Notes under the pieces: model-generated
What the model was told of the DNA's origin: nothing
Seen by the model: the letters and a program-made list of their open reading frames with translations, nothing else
Databases searched by the model: none
Assembly (NCBI GenBank): GCA_976226885.1
Contig: OZ320316.1
Location: 76,198,001-76,262,000 of the forward strand
From: Iphione sp. A-MEVVRFRX5
Lineage: Eukaryota
Length of the DNA: 64,000 nucleotides
Reading direction: 5' to 3'
Program-made: the position numbers and the translations under genes
Part shown: positions 13,048-24,200 of the stretch, in pieces
Layout: each line of letters starts with the position of its first letter
Position numbering within the stretch: the stretch's first letter is position 1

Positions 13048-13850
13048 GGTTGTGATATGGATAGGGCCCTCCGCCTCCTCGGTAGGCGCTATGGAGTAGG
13101 CACAGAGTTCGCTGGCCACGTGTCGTTGTCTGCTTGACACCCGGCGAGCTCTCCTCCCCATGCAGCTTAATGAAGGCAGAAGAGGCATTTCCATAAGATT
13201 CCCACTTTCAGATCCCATGCGAAAAAGAGCCCAAATGCATTCAAATTGCCATTGGTCACTGTTAGTAAGGATCAAACAGTGAACAGACAGCCTTAGGTCT
13301 ATGTTCCACATTAGATGGTCACTCACAACAAAACGGTTAAACTTAACGTTACAAAGAAATTGGTGTCGTCGCGACGGTAAAATTGCAGAGGGCAGGCAGA
13401 GCCTCAAGTAGGCCTATATCATGAATGCTACATGTCTTAAACTAATAAAAGATCTCCAGACTACAATTACAGTGACAATACCCCTATAGGCCTATGTGTC
13501 TCATATTACGTTGACAGAAATACTATTGATCATGCAAAATAGCCAATATGTGTAGCGTAGGGTTAAATTTATGAGATCCGAAGCTACAATTTCCAAGTTG
13601 TGTTATTTCAATAAATCCTTTATATGTTGTTGTCATATATGGGATGGCTGGTGTAAATATGCATTTCTAAAAGCAGCTGACAAAATAACGTGATATCTGC
13701 TGTAATGTGGAATTCTCAAGTCAAATGAGTTTTCATACTCCTAAGTAACTATGAATTATTCACTATATGGTTGTTATCGAACAGGTATTTACTTCTTAAT
13801 TCGTGCAGACCAAACAATAGCAATAACCGGGCATATAAGTTTAATCATCA

Positions 13851-14193
13851 GGCAAAAAAAATAGGTGTGTTTCTGGTAACCCACCCCTACCTAGTAAAAC
13901 CTCACCCTATCTAAAAGTTTTTTGGCCTCAAAGAGTTTCCAAGGCTGAATTTCCTTAGATATGTGTTTTCATGACACATTTTTGATAAATTCAGTAGAAA
14001 AACAACAAAATCAATGGCAATTCACATAAAAAATATAGAACATATATAGATTGGTAAAAATTCTTGATATTGTCTTTATTATTGAAAACCAGAGGAAAAA
14101 ACTGGGCAAAAAAATCCCCAAAAAAAAGATACCCCCCTCCCTACCTAGGTTTTTGGCTGGTCGTTACCAGAAACACACCTATTTTTTTTGGCC
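13851..14193. mobile_element. PIF/Harbinger-type MITE, copy 1
   Basis: ~30-bp TIRs GGCAAAAAAAATAGGTGTGTTTCTGGTAAC / GTTACCAGAAACACACCTATTTTTTTTGGCC; 3-bp TSD TCA on both sides. Confidence 0.85.
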
Positions 14194-15436
14194 TCACAAA
14201 AACTAGAGCACTTTCTTTCTCTTTCCTTTATAGCTGACAAATATTCTTCTTGTTCAGTCATGCTATATGCATATACTTCTGTATATCAAGTGTTCCAGCT
14301 ATTAAGATGCAAAAACGAAAAAAAAACATATATTAAGCCATCTTGTATTCCAATATTAATTTCTCCCATATGATGGCAGTCTCTACTCAGACCCATCAAA
14401 GAAACTTAATACTAAGTTTGGATAATGCTAAGTCTGGATATAAAATATCCACTGGTAAAAAGACCTGCTGACATAATGTTTATTTTCCTTATAATATACA
14501 ATGTTTTGATTATATCCATGCCAAAAAGCTATTCATGTTTTTGTTGCGTGCAGTTCAAGGCTATTTGTTTAGTCTGCAGTGAGCAGCAATGACTAAACTG
14601 CTTATCAAAAATCAATGAATGTTTGATAAAGACAAAAAATATTAGTGACCTGAGGGGGAAGAAAGGAGAGCATTGTAATATTTGTTCTTTTGTGAATAAG
14701 AATATCTATTCCTTTCGCTAATGAGGAAACGCCAGTGACGTACAAAATGAATATCCAAACATGGTATGAGCATAATAAAAAAAGGCTACGTAAAACTTCA
14801 CAACAGTGTCACCGATTTGCCTATTAAAAGCACTGGCTGGGCCAATACTCACCAGATAGTTTAGCGCGACTTACGCCTATAATATGAAGCAGACACACAT
14901 ACATTTATAGAACTACTATTTCCCAAAGCGACGCTGCAATATGGTAATGCAATGGCTAATGCTGTATACAATTTCAGGTAACGGACATTCATAACGACAT
15001 AAGTAAATCTAATAATGCATCACCAGTTGCTTTCTAGAATCAGAGTTGGATAAAATATATTGGTTGATCTTTGAAATAGCTTTGAATCAAAGACAGTGGT
15101 CTAAACAGGTGACAAATTTACATGATCAAAGGGGTTTGGGTCCTTCACTTGACAGGGCAGTCCGGAATGCTCATAAGGTTACCTTCTGTAGTTATCCATT
15201 TGTAAAGGAATCTTATCGTCCACTTGAAAAACTAGAAACTGAGGACATTATAAGCAATCCAACTCAACTTGACTATTTTGATACAGTTCAGCACAATACG
15301 TCAAGGGGCACGCTGGCAAGGCTGGAAATAAATCAATGGAACTACGAAGGAGCAAACCGACAAAGCATGCAAGAAAAGTTAATACCCCATGATTCATTTT
15401 TTCAGAGAACGTCTGGAATTGAATATCCCAAATAAA

Positions 15437-15442
15437 TTTATT
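15437..15442 (-). terminator. Candidate polyadenylation signal for the phosphatase gene
   Basis: TTTATT on + (AATAAA on -) about 0.9 kb past the stop codon; position only. Confidence 0.2.
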
Positions 15443-16354
15443 TGAAAATTACAAAGGGTAGCAATGGCCGGCATCTATGTAGGAAAGGAAATTACAATTC
15501 GACGCAGACTCTGAACTATAAAAACACGTTGTTTTGAATCTTTCAAAAGGAGCTTTGCAGAAAGTTTTGTAGACAGTAACATCAAAATAATGACACCACC
15601 AACAAACGTTGACTAAGTCAAGTCTCACAATTACGCTTTTTCCTTAAACTCAGTGTTATTTGGAGGGGAGGTTCGTTTAGTAGCAACACTAATTGGACAA
15701 ACAGTAAGGGTACACATCTAGATAGCCAATTCATGCAGAAAAATAGAGAAAGGGGCGCCGCACAACATATACTGAAACTCAACTCACTTACCAACACCAG
15801 CCTACTTTGACTGTGAGAGGAAAGCAAACAACCATGTATTACAGTCAGAAATGTATCAGTGATCTTGATTCAACTTGTTGATAGGCCCGGAGTATGTCTG
15901 CTAACATAACCAGTCTTTTTAATGATTGCCCGAATACAATTTACAGTCGTTAAGCATTTTCATTCAAACGGATGGTATGAGAAACATAGAGACGACGCTT
16001 TAGGGATGGGAGGAAGAATAAGAGAGAAAACGAGCAAAGAAGGCGGGAGGATAACGTCTTATGGAATATAGAAGCGCGTTTGTATAGAATCTATACGTAG
16101 GAAAGTTGAATAACCTATTACATTTCCGTTTCCCATCTGACTGTCTATTCATTCTGTACAGGGTATACTGATTAGATATACTACACATCTCCATAAGAAT
16201 GACGGGGGATTATACATGTTACAAATATATGAACTTGGTTACTTTACATAAATGCATGCATGTGGTCATCAATAAATGCAAACCAAAATAAGACTTGAGC
16301 TGCATTAACCCCCAAAAGAACTTGTATCAGTTTGTACTGGTACACAAGGCTGCT

Positions 16355-18208
16355 TTAGACCGATGTTGATCGCCCAATACGGAGCTCAGGGATTGCAAAC
16401 ACAGTTTCAAACGGGACAAAAGGTATCGTCCAGATGCCCTTCTCTCTCATCTTACGGTTTCCTTTAGAAAGGAAATCTCGGCGTTCTTGTCCTGAGAAAC
16501 CAGTTTCAATATGCCGAAACGTAGGTTCTGATAATATGTTTGGATATGACCCACTAGTCTTTGCCATCACGCGTAAGTTACTATCAGACATCTTCCTGTC
16601 TTTTCGTGGCACGCCTTTAGCTTTTTTGCTCTGGTTCTCACCTTCGCTGCTGCTAAAAGAAGCCTTGGAGTCTCTTTCAAGTTTTACACCCACACCTGAC
16701 AAATATTCTTCTACTATACGTTTCCTGTGATTTTGAGAATGTAAAATGCCCCGACCTGGCGTGGTCTGTGAGTCCGCACACTGTGTCTTTATATCCATAC
16801 CGTCCTTTGAATAGGAGTTCATTATTGGGTACGACCTCGAGTGACGTATTGGGTACAACATTGAGTCACGTTTGTGTCTCTCATTTTCACCAAATATATC
16901 TCGGCACTTCTGAGCAAGTCTCTCCTTATTGCTCATTTCAGAAACGGACCTCCTCCAGAAAGGTTTACGTTCGAATCTATCAGCAGGTTTGTTAGAGGGT
17001 GGCACCATCGTATCAGACGCTTGAGAATTGACCAAATCTACGATCTGTCTGGTTCGCTTTGTTGAATCTGTATGCCTATACCTTCCTGTAGGTACATTCT
17101 GAGCCCTCTGCCCTTGTTCTTTGGGTATCCTTACATCAAAGGAGCCAGCGGATAGGGAAGCACTCTGCTTAGACTCCTGTTTGGTACAGGAAGTGGAAGC
17201 TTTGGACCCAGAACTACGGACAGGTGGAAACTGCAGGTGATCTCCTGGAAGCGTCGATTCAGGGGCCACGTTATTCTGGTCATCGGCTGTTTTTGAAGAC
17301 TCTGACCACAAGGACGGGATGGAAAGGGTCAGCTGCGAGACATTGACTTCATGATGGAGGGGGTAGCCTTTCAAATCTAAGCTCCCTTCGTCAAGAATTC
17401 GCTGAGTATCAACACGTGTTGAGCCAGAACCCTCTCCCAAGGAAACATCGGATGAGATACTAGGAATGTCCAGCCTAGGTGTAGCCCCCAGGGGAGAGAT
17501 TCGTGTCCTGATCGAATAGAGACTGTCTTGGTCAGACAGTTCATCGACGGCCGTCTGGAACGAAAGATCCGTCGAGACACTGGAAGCATGTATGCGTGGA
17601 GTACTGTAAGGTGTCATATACTGACCAATGCTACTGAAAGAACCGTCCCCATTGAAACCTTCGTTCTCAAAGGAAAGGTCCACCATGTCCTTGCTAGTTC
17701 GTTGCCTTACCCACGCATGCCCAACTGTCCCCAATCTCGGGGGTATATCAATATCTGCATCTGTGTCTGGTAGTATATTCAATATTACGGCATTTCCATG
17801 TGATGCCGCTGTGTACGTCTCGTCGGGAGGAATCTTTTGATCATTCTTCGGGGGCGCTGTGGTCGGGACAGCCTGCACACTCTTTGGTATGTAGTGGCTT
17901 TCATCTGTGTCAGTTCCAAGTTTTGAACAAAACGACCTCTCCGATGGTTCAATCGCAAACCCTGCATTCGCAAACGACCTGGGTTGGGATGTAAACTTGT
18001 GCACCCCCTGACGAGTTTGGCCCAGACAAAGTAGGAGAGTGTGAGGGTGTTCACCTTTTCGTGTGTGGTCCACAGGAACAAGAGGTTTGCTTCTCTCCTC
18101 CCAATTCTCAAGATCAGCCGTCTCTGAACGCGGAATCATGTGTGGCTGCGTCGAAGTGAGGAGGTCAAGCAACACCACCACGAAGGTGTAACAGTAAATG
18201 TACTCCAC
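16355..18208 (-). CDS. PTP terminal exon: end of D2 (VEYIYCYTF) plus ~600-aa low-complexity tail ending GRSTSV*
   Basis: Acceptor ttttatcttataacag|GTG; 617 open codons then TAA; joins in phase 0 to ...RPQLVENI. Confidence 0.9.
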   Translation of the reverse strand: MEYIYCYTFVVVLLDLLTSTQPHMIPRSETADLENWEERSKPLVPVDHTRKGEHPHTLLLCLGQTRQGVHKFTSQPRSFANAGFAIEPSERSFCSKLGTDTDESHYIPKSVQAVPTTAPPKNDQKIPPDETYTAASHGNAVILNILPDTDADIDIPPRLGTVGHAWVRQRTSKDMVDLSFENEGFNGDGSFSSIGQYMTPYSTPRIHASSVSTDLSFQTAVDELSDQDSLYSIRTRISPLGATPRLDIPSISSDVSLGEGSGSTRVDTQRILDEGSLDLKGYPLHHEVNVSQLTLSIPSLWSESSKTADDQNNVAPESTLPGDHLQFPPVRSSGSKASTSCTKQESKQSASLSAGSFDVRIPKEQGQRAQNVPTGRYRHTDSTKRTRQIVDLVNSQASDTMVPPSNKPADRFERKPFWRRSVSEMSNKERLAQKCRDIFGENERHKRDSMLYPIRHSRSYPIMNSYSKDGMDIKTQCADSQTTPGRGILHSQNHRKRIVEEYLSGVGVKLERDSKASFSSSEGENQSKKAKGVPRKDRKMSDSNLRVMAKTSGSYPNILSEPTFRHIETGFSGQERRDFLSKGNRKMREKGIWTIPFVPFETVFAIPELRIGRSTSV

Positions 18209-21200
18209 CTGTTATAAGATAAAATGTAAGCGGTTACGATACCAAACTATGTTATAATTATAACCGAGCAGATACCTGCATAAACAGCTAATCCCTGAAG
18301 TGTGGATAATGAAATGGTTGTTAAATAAAAGAAAGGATGTGTGTTCAACATATCTTAAGTTTATTTTTTTACATTTCTGGAACTTGTAATTGTCTACACC
18401 ATGTAGTACGGTCTGGTTTTGTTTTTGAAGATGTTTGTGAAACCTTTCCGTAAACATAATAAAAGAAGATAGTCTAGACATTTAACATACATTTTTTGCA
18501 TCGTTATGAATATTGTATGCATGCATTATATATCTACCATATCATCCAAAGACAAATAAAGTTTCTTTTGGCTTTGGATGGTCTGAGAGCCTATAAAACC
18601 AATCAATACTACCCAACATCATCCCCTTGTCACAAGGTTTGGATAGAATGAGAGGATTTTGTCTTTAAACTATCATGCACCTGTCATCATCCTTGTCGAT
18701 TTTGATCTGTCCATTATTCTTATTGTTTTACCAATTTTAAGATGAAAGGTTGGCTTACTCACTTTGTGTAGTGATTCTTTTGATGAGGCAAACCCAAAAT
18801 CACATATTCACACGAAATAATCTATTTCGAGCAACCGATAACAACAAACAAAGCAGGACAATAAAGGCCAACAAATTTTTCATATGATAAAATTCATGTG
18901 TGTAGACAATGTATATATATAATATATATGTAGAATACAAGAGGAAATCCACATCATGCAATGAAACAATATATTTTGATTGACAATGACGCATGATAAT
19001 TGAATCTGGATCCAAAACAGTATCCTCCCATTTTATCCTGAATTTGTATCACAAACCAATGCTCTAATAATTGGCACTTCTTAGATTTTTAGAGCATGCT
19101 TGAGCTGAAAGAGGTTGAGATTCCTCTTTCCTAAATATTCCAAGGTATGTCAAATGCAATCGAAAATGCCACATGTTGTGAAAAACATTAATCAACTGTA
19201 ATTGTGTCTTGTGATTTCTGAAACTACAAACAGGTTTTTACTCATATTGTGGAAAATTAGTTTCCTATGAAAAGAAATTTGCCTATGTATTTGCTAATTA
19301 TTCGTGCAAAGTCTATCCGAGTGGTAATAAAGCTACCGAATGATGCCTTTCCCAAGGTCTTAATAGGTTGGGGAAGCGTGATAATTAATTATATATATTG
19401 TTTCATCTTTATTCCTTTTATTTCGTTCCAGATATATGGCATACAGGGGGTAGCTGTTTCGCGCAAGATCCTTATATAGAAAAACAATATGTTACTTTTT
19501 AGAGTATCCTAGTCCTTGGTTTAGACTATACAATGCCAACATCATCAGGTAAATTCGGTGAGTCTGGTATCCCTCTCCCTTGTTATCCGACCAAGAACCA
19601 ACAAATTCCTCTATACACAGAGATAATGAAAAGTGTTAATTGTTGTGAAAGTTCTGGATTGAACCTTTTTTTGGTGGATGCGGGGCTCATCTTAGCAATT
19701 CATATGCATGTGTTGTAGTTAATCAATTCTAGGAGGTCACTGAAAGAGCCTCCTAAGAGATAACCGGCCCTGTATGACCTAAACATAGGATCTGGAAAAT
19801 GGTGGGACAAACAGATATACTAAAGGCACCAAAGGTATAACTTGACTTAACGTTACATCCAGTCTTTCATTATCAGAGCTGTGAGATCATGCAAGGCAAG
19901 AACTAAGAAATAGCAGCTGTGTAAAATATAATAGGCAGCGATTTAATGATGAGTATTTAGCATACTGCAAGAGACAAGCACAGATGAATGGAATTTGTAA
20001 TATCTACAGTAGCGAGGGTAGAGGCGATAAAAAGCCAACAGCCACGGTATAAGGGATATTAGAGCAGGTTTTGTAGAGAATTTAGCATCTGGTGTGAAGA
20101 CAGATTTCACCTAGAGGTGCAACACAATGTAGAGGGCAGGGTGACAGGTGATTGGTCAGAGGCGGGTCACGTGACGATCAGCCAGAGCTTCCTGCTTCCG
20201 TATGTAGTGGAGCAGGGAATCATACAGGAGCTTATATTCGTCCTGAAAGCAGACAAGATGAAAAAACATAAACTCTAACCGTGCTGCTTAGCCAGTGCCT
20301 AAAGTCTAAAGGAAGAATGATGAAAATGACCAACCAAGTCTATCACCAAGACTGGGAAAACGCAAAACAAACAAATCAAAGAGAATGCGAGGATTATTTA
20401 AGGAACGAAGTGTGCTCTCCTAATTTGTACTTAAAATCCGTGCCCACCATCTCTGGGAGGATTCATCGAATTATAGGCAACTAATTTGATAAAGAAATCC
20501 CATTTGAAAAGGCGGTACAAAAATATCGTTTTGATAACTTGGAACAAAAGCATAAGATGTACTCAACAGAACTTCACGTGACAGTCTGCATCCATTCAAT
20601 TTCGACGTCTTAGTTTCTATATCATTAGGCAAGGTGTCTTGAAAATTCTGATGATAAATGACAAACGACCTTCCATAGCAGTTGGGTTATACACCATAGA
20701 GATAGGGGAATCGGGGAATTAACTAGCTCCACAAGGAGACTACGATCTACGAGGAAGGGAATAAATGATGGGCAGATTTTGGGTTTAGCACATAAGAGTA
20801 CTTTCAATATGGCTGTTACAGAACAATGAACGATCCATGTGGCATTCCAACGGTGATTCGTACAAAACTGTCTCAATGTTGCGAAAAAAATGATGTCTTT
20901 AAACAGCTTCCCAAAGGAACACATTTTTCAACACACAGTTATCATATGTAGCGATCATACCAACGGGGCAGGTACCATAAGCTGAAGATGGAACAACATG
21001 GCCTGTAATTGGATGCAACTGGATTAAAGGGACGTGACAGAGAGGATTGACATCAACTGGGTCAGAACATTCACATATCTATGACAACAGCAATGAAGTC
21101 AGCGCAATATGACAGTGGCTCAGGTAACGCTTGGTAGGTAGTAATATTATTATAGATCATTTGACGGGCAAAAAGGACTATACCACACAAAGATGCTGCT

Positions 21201-24200
21201 GCGACACAGTAGATACATTACTTCTGTTCCTGTAATACTCACAATGTTCTCTACAAGCTGCGGTCGGTTGGCCTTGATGGTTTTCACGGTTCTGAAGATA
21301 TCAACTTCACCCTCAGCTTTGAGTTTGTCCCAGGCTATACTGATGGCAGCATAGCAGCCACACCGACTCACACCATTCCTGAAAGCAGTTTGCATTTCGA
21401 ATTCCAGGAGATGAAACTATTGGTAAGTTATGAAAATATGACAGCACGTTTAACCAAATGTGCAATCCATACACGCTAACATTAGCAGCTAAAATTCGTG
21501 TACATGTAGTGGAGTGAAAATATAACCGAAGAAAAGGGAGTGGTGCCTTCAAGACAGCAAGGAAAAACTTGAGTCTACTTCTCTTTGAGCGTCGGACAAA
21601 CTGTAACAGTGTCTACGTACTTTGAAATAACGCATGTTGGAATGCGACCGTTGCACTCATCTATCTGCCACTTTTCAACTTTGGTGAGCAGGTCAATTAG
21701 AGTATTTGCCGACGATGGGACCTTGTGGTTGTTGGGCCAGTTCCTCAACTGGAACATCTTTACGGTGCGTGCCGACTCCTCTGTTTGTGAGCTCATCGCT
21801 TGGAGCGAGACTAGGGTCTGTAAGCCAGGCGCGCGTCGAGGGTGAAAGGCAAAAAAGGGGAAAAAAGGTTTCTTGTTAGACACTATCATGCATACGCGGG
21901 AGAATTATATCTTTGAAACAACGAAAGAAGTGATGACACCCCTGTTGATTTCTTTTAAGGATACAACTTTGCACTGCTAAATAAAAGAGGACCCACGAGA
22001 ATAATTATTCTCTTTTATTGAGGACGAAAACGGGAGTAAATGTTCTTCTGCTATTCCTATAGGGTTCAATCCGCATGGCTCAAAAACACCCAATATTATA
22101 AGGAGACACGAAAGTACCCAATCAATTTACTTTCTCTGGTGGTGATACTGGTCGATGTTGAGAAAAGAACCTGTTGATTTGCTGAGTAAATTTCGCTGTG
22201 GACCTAATGATACACCAGCAAGAGTACATATAAGTTGGTTATTTTCCCTAGCAAGGTATTATGTCATTAGTAATATCTCTGGACTTTGAATATATACATA
22301 AATATTTATATATACATATATATAAATATATATTTATACGCGTGCACCAGCAATCCAGAGCGTCACCACTGATGCTGGATGCCCAGTTATGTTGAATCAA
22401 TCGGAATAAAACTGAGCATAATGTAGAGAGGATGAGATGTAGGGCTTGAAAGGTGAATAAACGCTAGTGTAGTTCACATGAACGATGGTGCACCATTATC
22501 ATTGTAGAGTAAAAAAAGGTAGTTGTATTAATAAGTAGCAGTAAAATGCAAACCGGATCAATGTTAAATATATTCCCCATATTTTGATACCACAGCTGCA
22601 TAAATCATTATGGAAACCTTACCTCTTTGAAAGAGTCAACAGTCTATAAAGGTGAACAAATGGAAATTATATGGAAGTTGCTCTAAGCTACATATAGTAA
22701 TTTACTTCCAACATAAGTTAGTTTATATCTAATGAAATCAGATACATGCAATTGTGATTATTAGATTGAGAGATTTGGCCATCATACAATAATTATTGCT
22801 ACGTGCACTCAAGATATTAAGTAGGTTTCGGTAAAGCACATGTTTTATGCAATAGAAAGTCAGTTTCTAAATGGAGAAATAACAGAATTCATTGAATTCC
22901 TTCTATGGTAGGTGTTCGTTGTCTGCTTTTCTTTCTCTAGAGAAATAATGCAGCGGAAAATGAAGTGTAAATTGATCAATACTGTCTTATGTGTGTAGTT
23001 ACATAAGCGAATAACAGGATGGGTGTTAATGACATAACGGAAGCAAAATTCTATCATTCGAACCGAACGATTTGGAAAAATTAGATTACGCGGGTAACAA
23101 AGCCGGATTCAAAATATATGTTGACCCTTATGTTTCTAGCAGTAATGAAACCGTTCTGACAAAGTGTAAAGCAAAATCAAGTCGTCGGATGTAAATGACC
23201 GCGCTTAGTGGAATTTGCAATCTAAACCTACAAAAAAGTTATTGTGTTGTGTGGTATGCAAGCTTACGTTTTAGCATTATAGGAGGTGAATGTCTTTGGG
23301 GATGATGGTCTATGGTTATATATATGTCGGGCATGTTTTTCCCTTTACTCACCCGCATGGTTTTGGCGTTCACACTCTAAAATCACACACGCGTATAAAA
23401 TGCACGATGGTTACTTGTTCAGTCACATTTCTTTTGTCGTGTTAGGGTGAGTTTTGTGGAATGTGATATGTAGCTGTACAGATGGGCGTTGTATAGATCA
23501 TTTGGAGAGGTGTGTAAAATAGATAGCCCCTCGTTCTGTACACATGCTGAAATGTCTAAAATACTATAGGATGCTGCATATGCAGGTAGGTGACTTGGGA
23601 AGGGGAACATTAAATAATGGGACCCTTCCACTCTTTTTCAGACATTGTTCTTTAGTTAGCAATTCTGAAATGAGAATTACATTGACTATGTGACTTTTGT
23701 TTGTTGAAATTTTCTTCCGGAATTTTCTTTTAAAGACAAAGTGATGTCGAAAGAGTGGAGTTCCATTTCATGCTATAACTAAGTCACCATGTTTCGGGAC
23801 AAGGAGTAATCATTCGACAAAAAGCGGAATAGAGGCATTCTGTACAATCACAATGCTGCCACAAAGACGTCATTCTTGGTAAGAGAATTCGCAGGCAGCT
23901 GTCAGGAAAGGAATCAAGCATGTTAATCATAAAAACGATTAGAATGTGAGTAATGAGCCGTTGGAGATGCTTTTCTTTCGCTCTTGAGGCATACCCAAGT
24001 GGAATATCAGTGCTGGGCTTAGTATCGCTGGTCCAGACAGGTACAGTTATTCGAATTATTTCAAATCAATACATTTATCGAGATTTTGGTTCAACTCAAG
24101 GCACATTCTATACACATTTCGGAAAATGGTTCAATATCCTAAGTCCAGCTCTGATGAGGAACATAGCGACCGCAGCACCATGTTAATACCACACATCTAA

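Noticed and set aside
15046-15435. 129-aa plus-strand ORF
   Set aside because: Non-ATG start, no recognisable motif, and it lies in the likely 3' UTR region of the phosphatase on the opposite strand.
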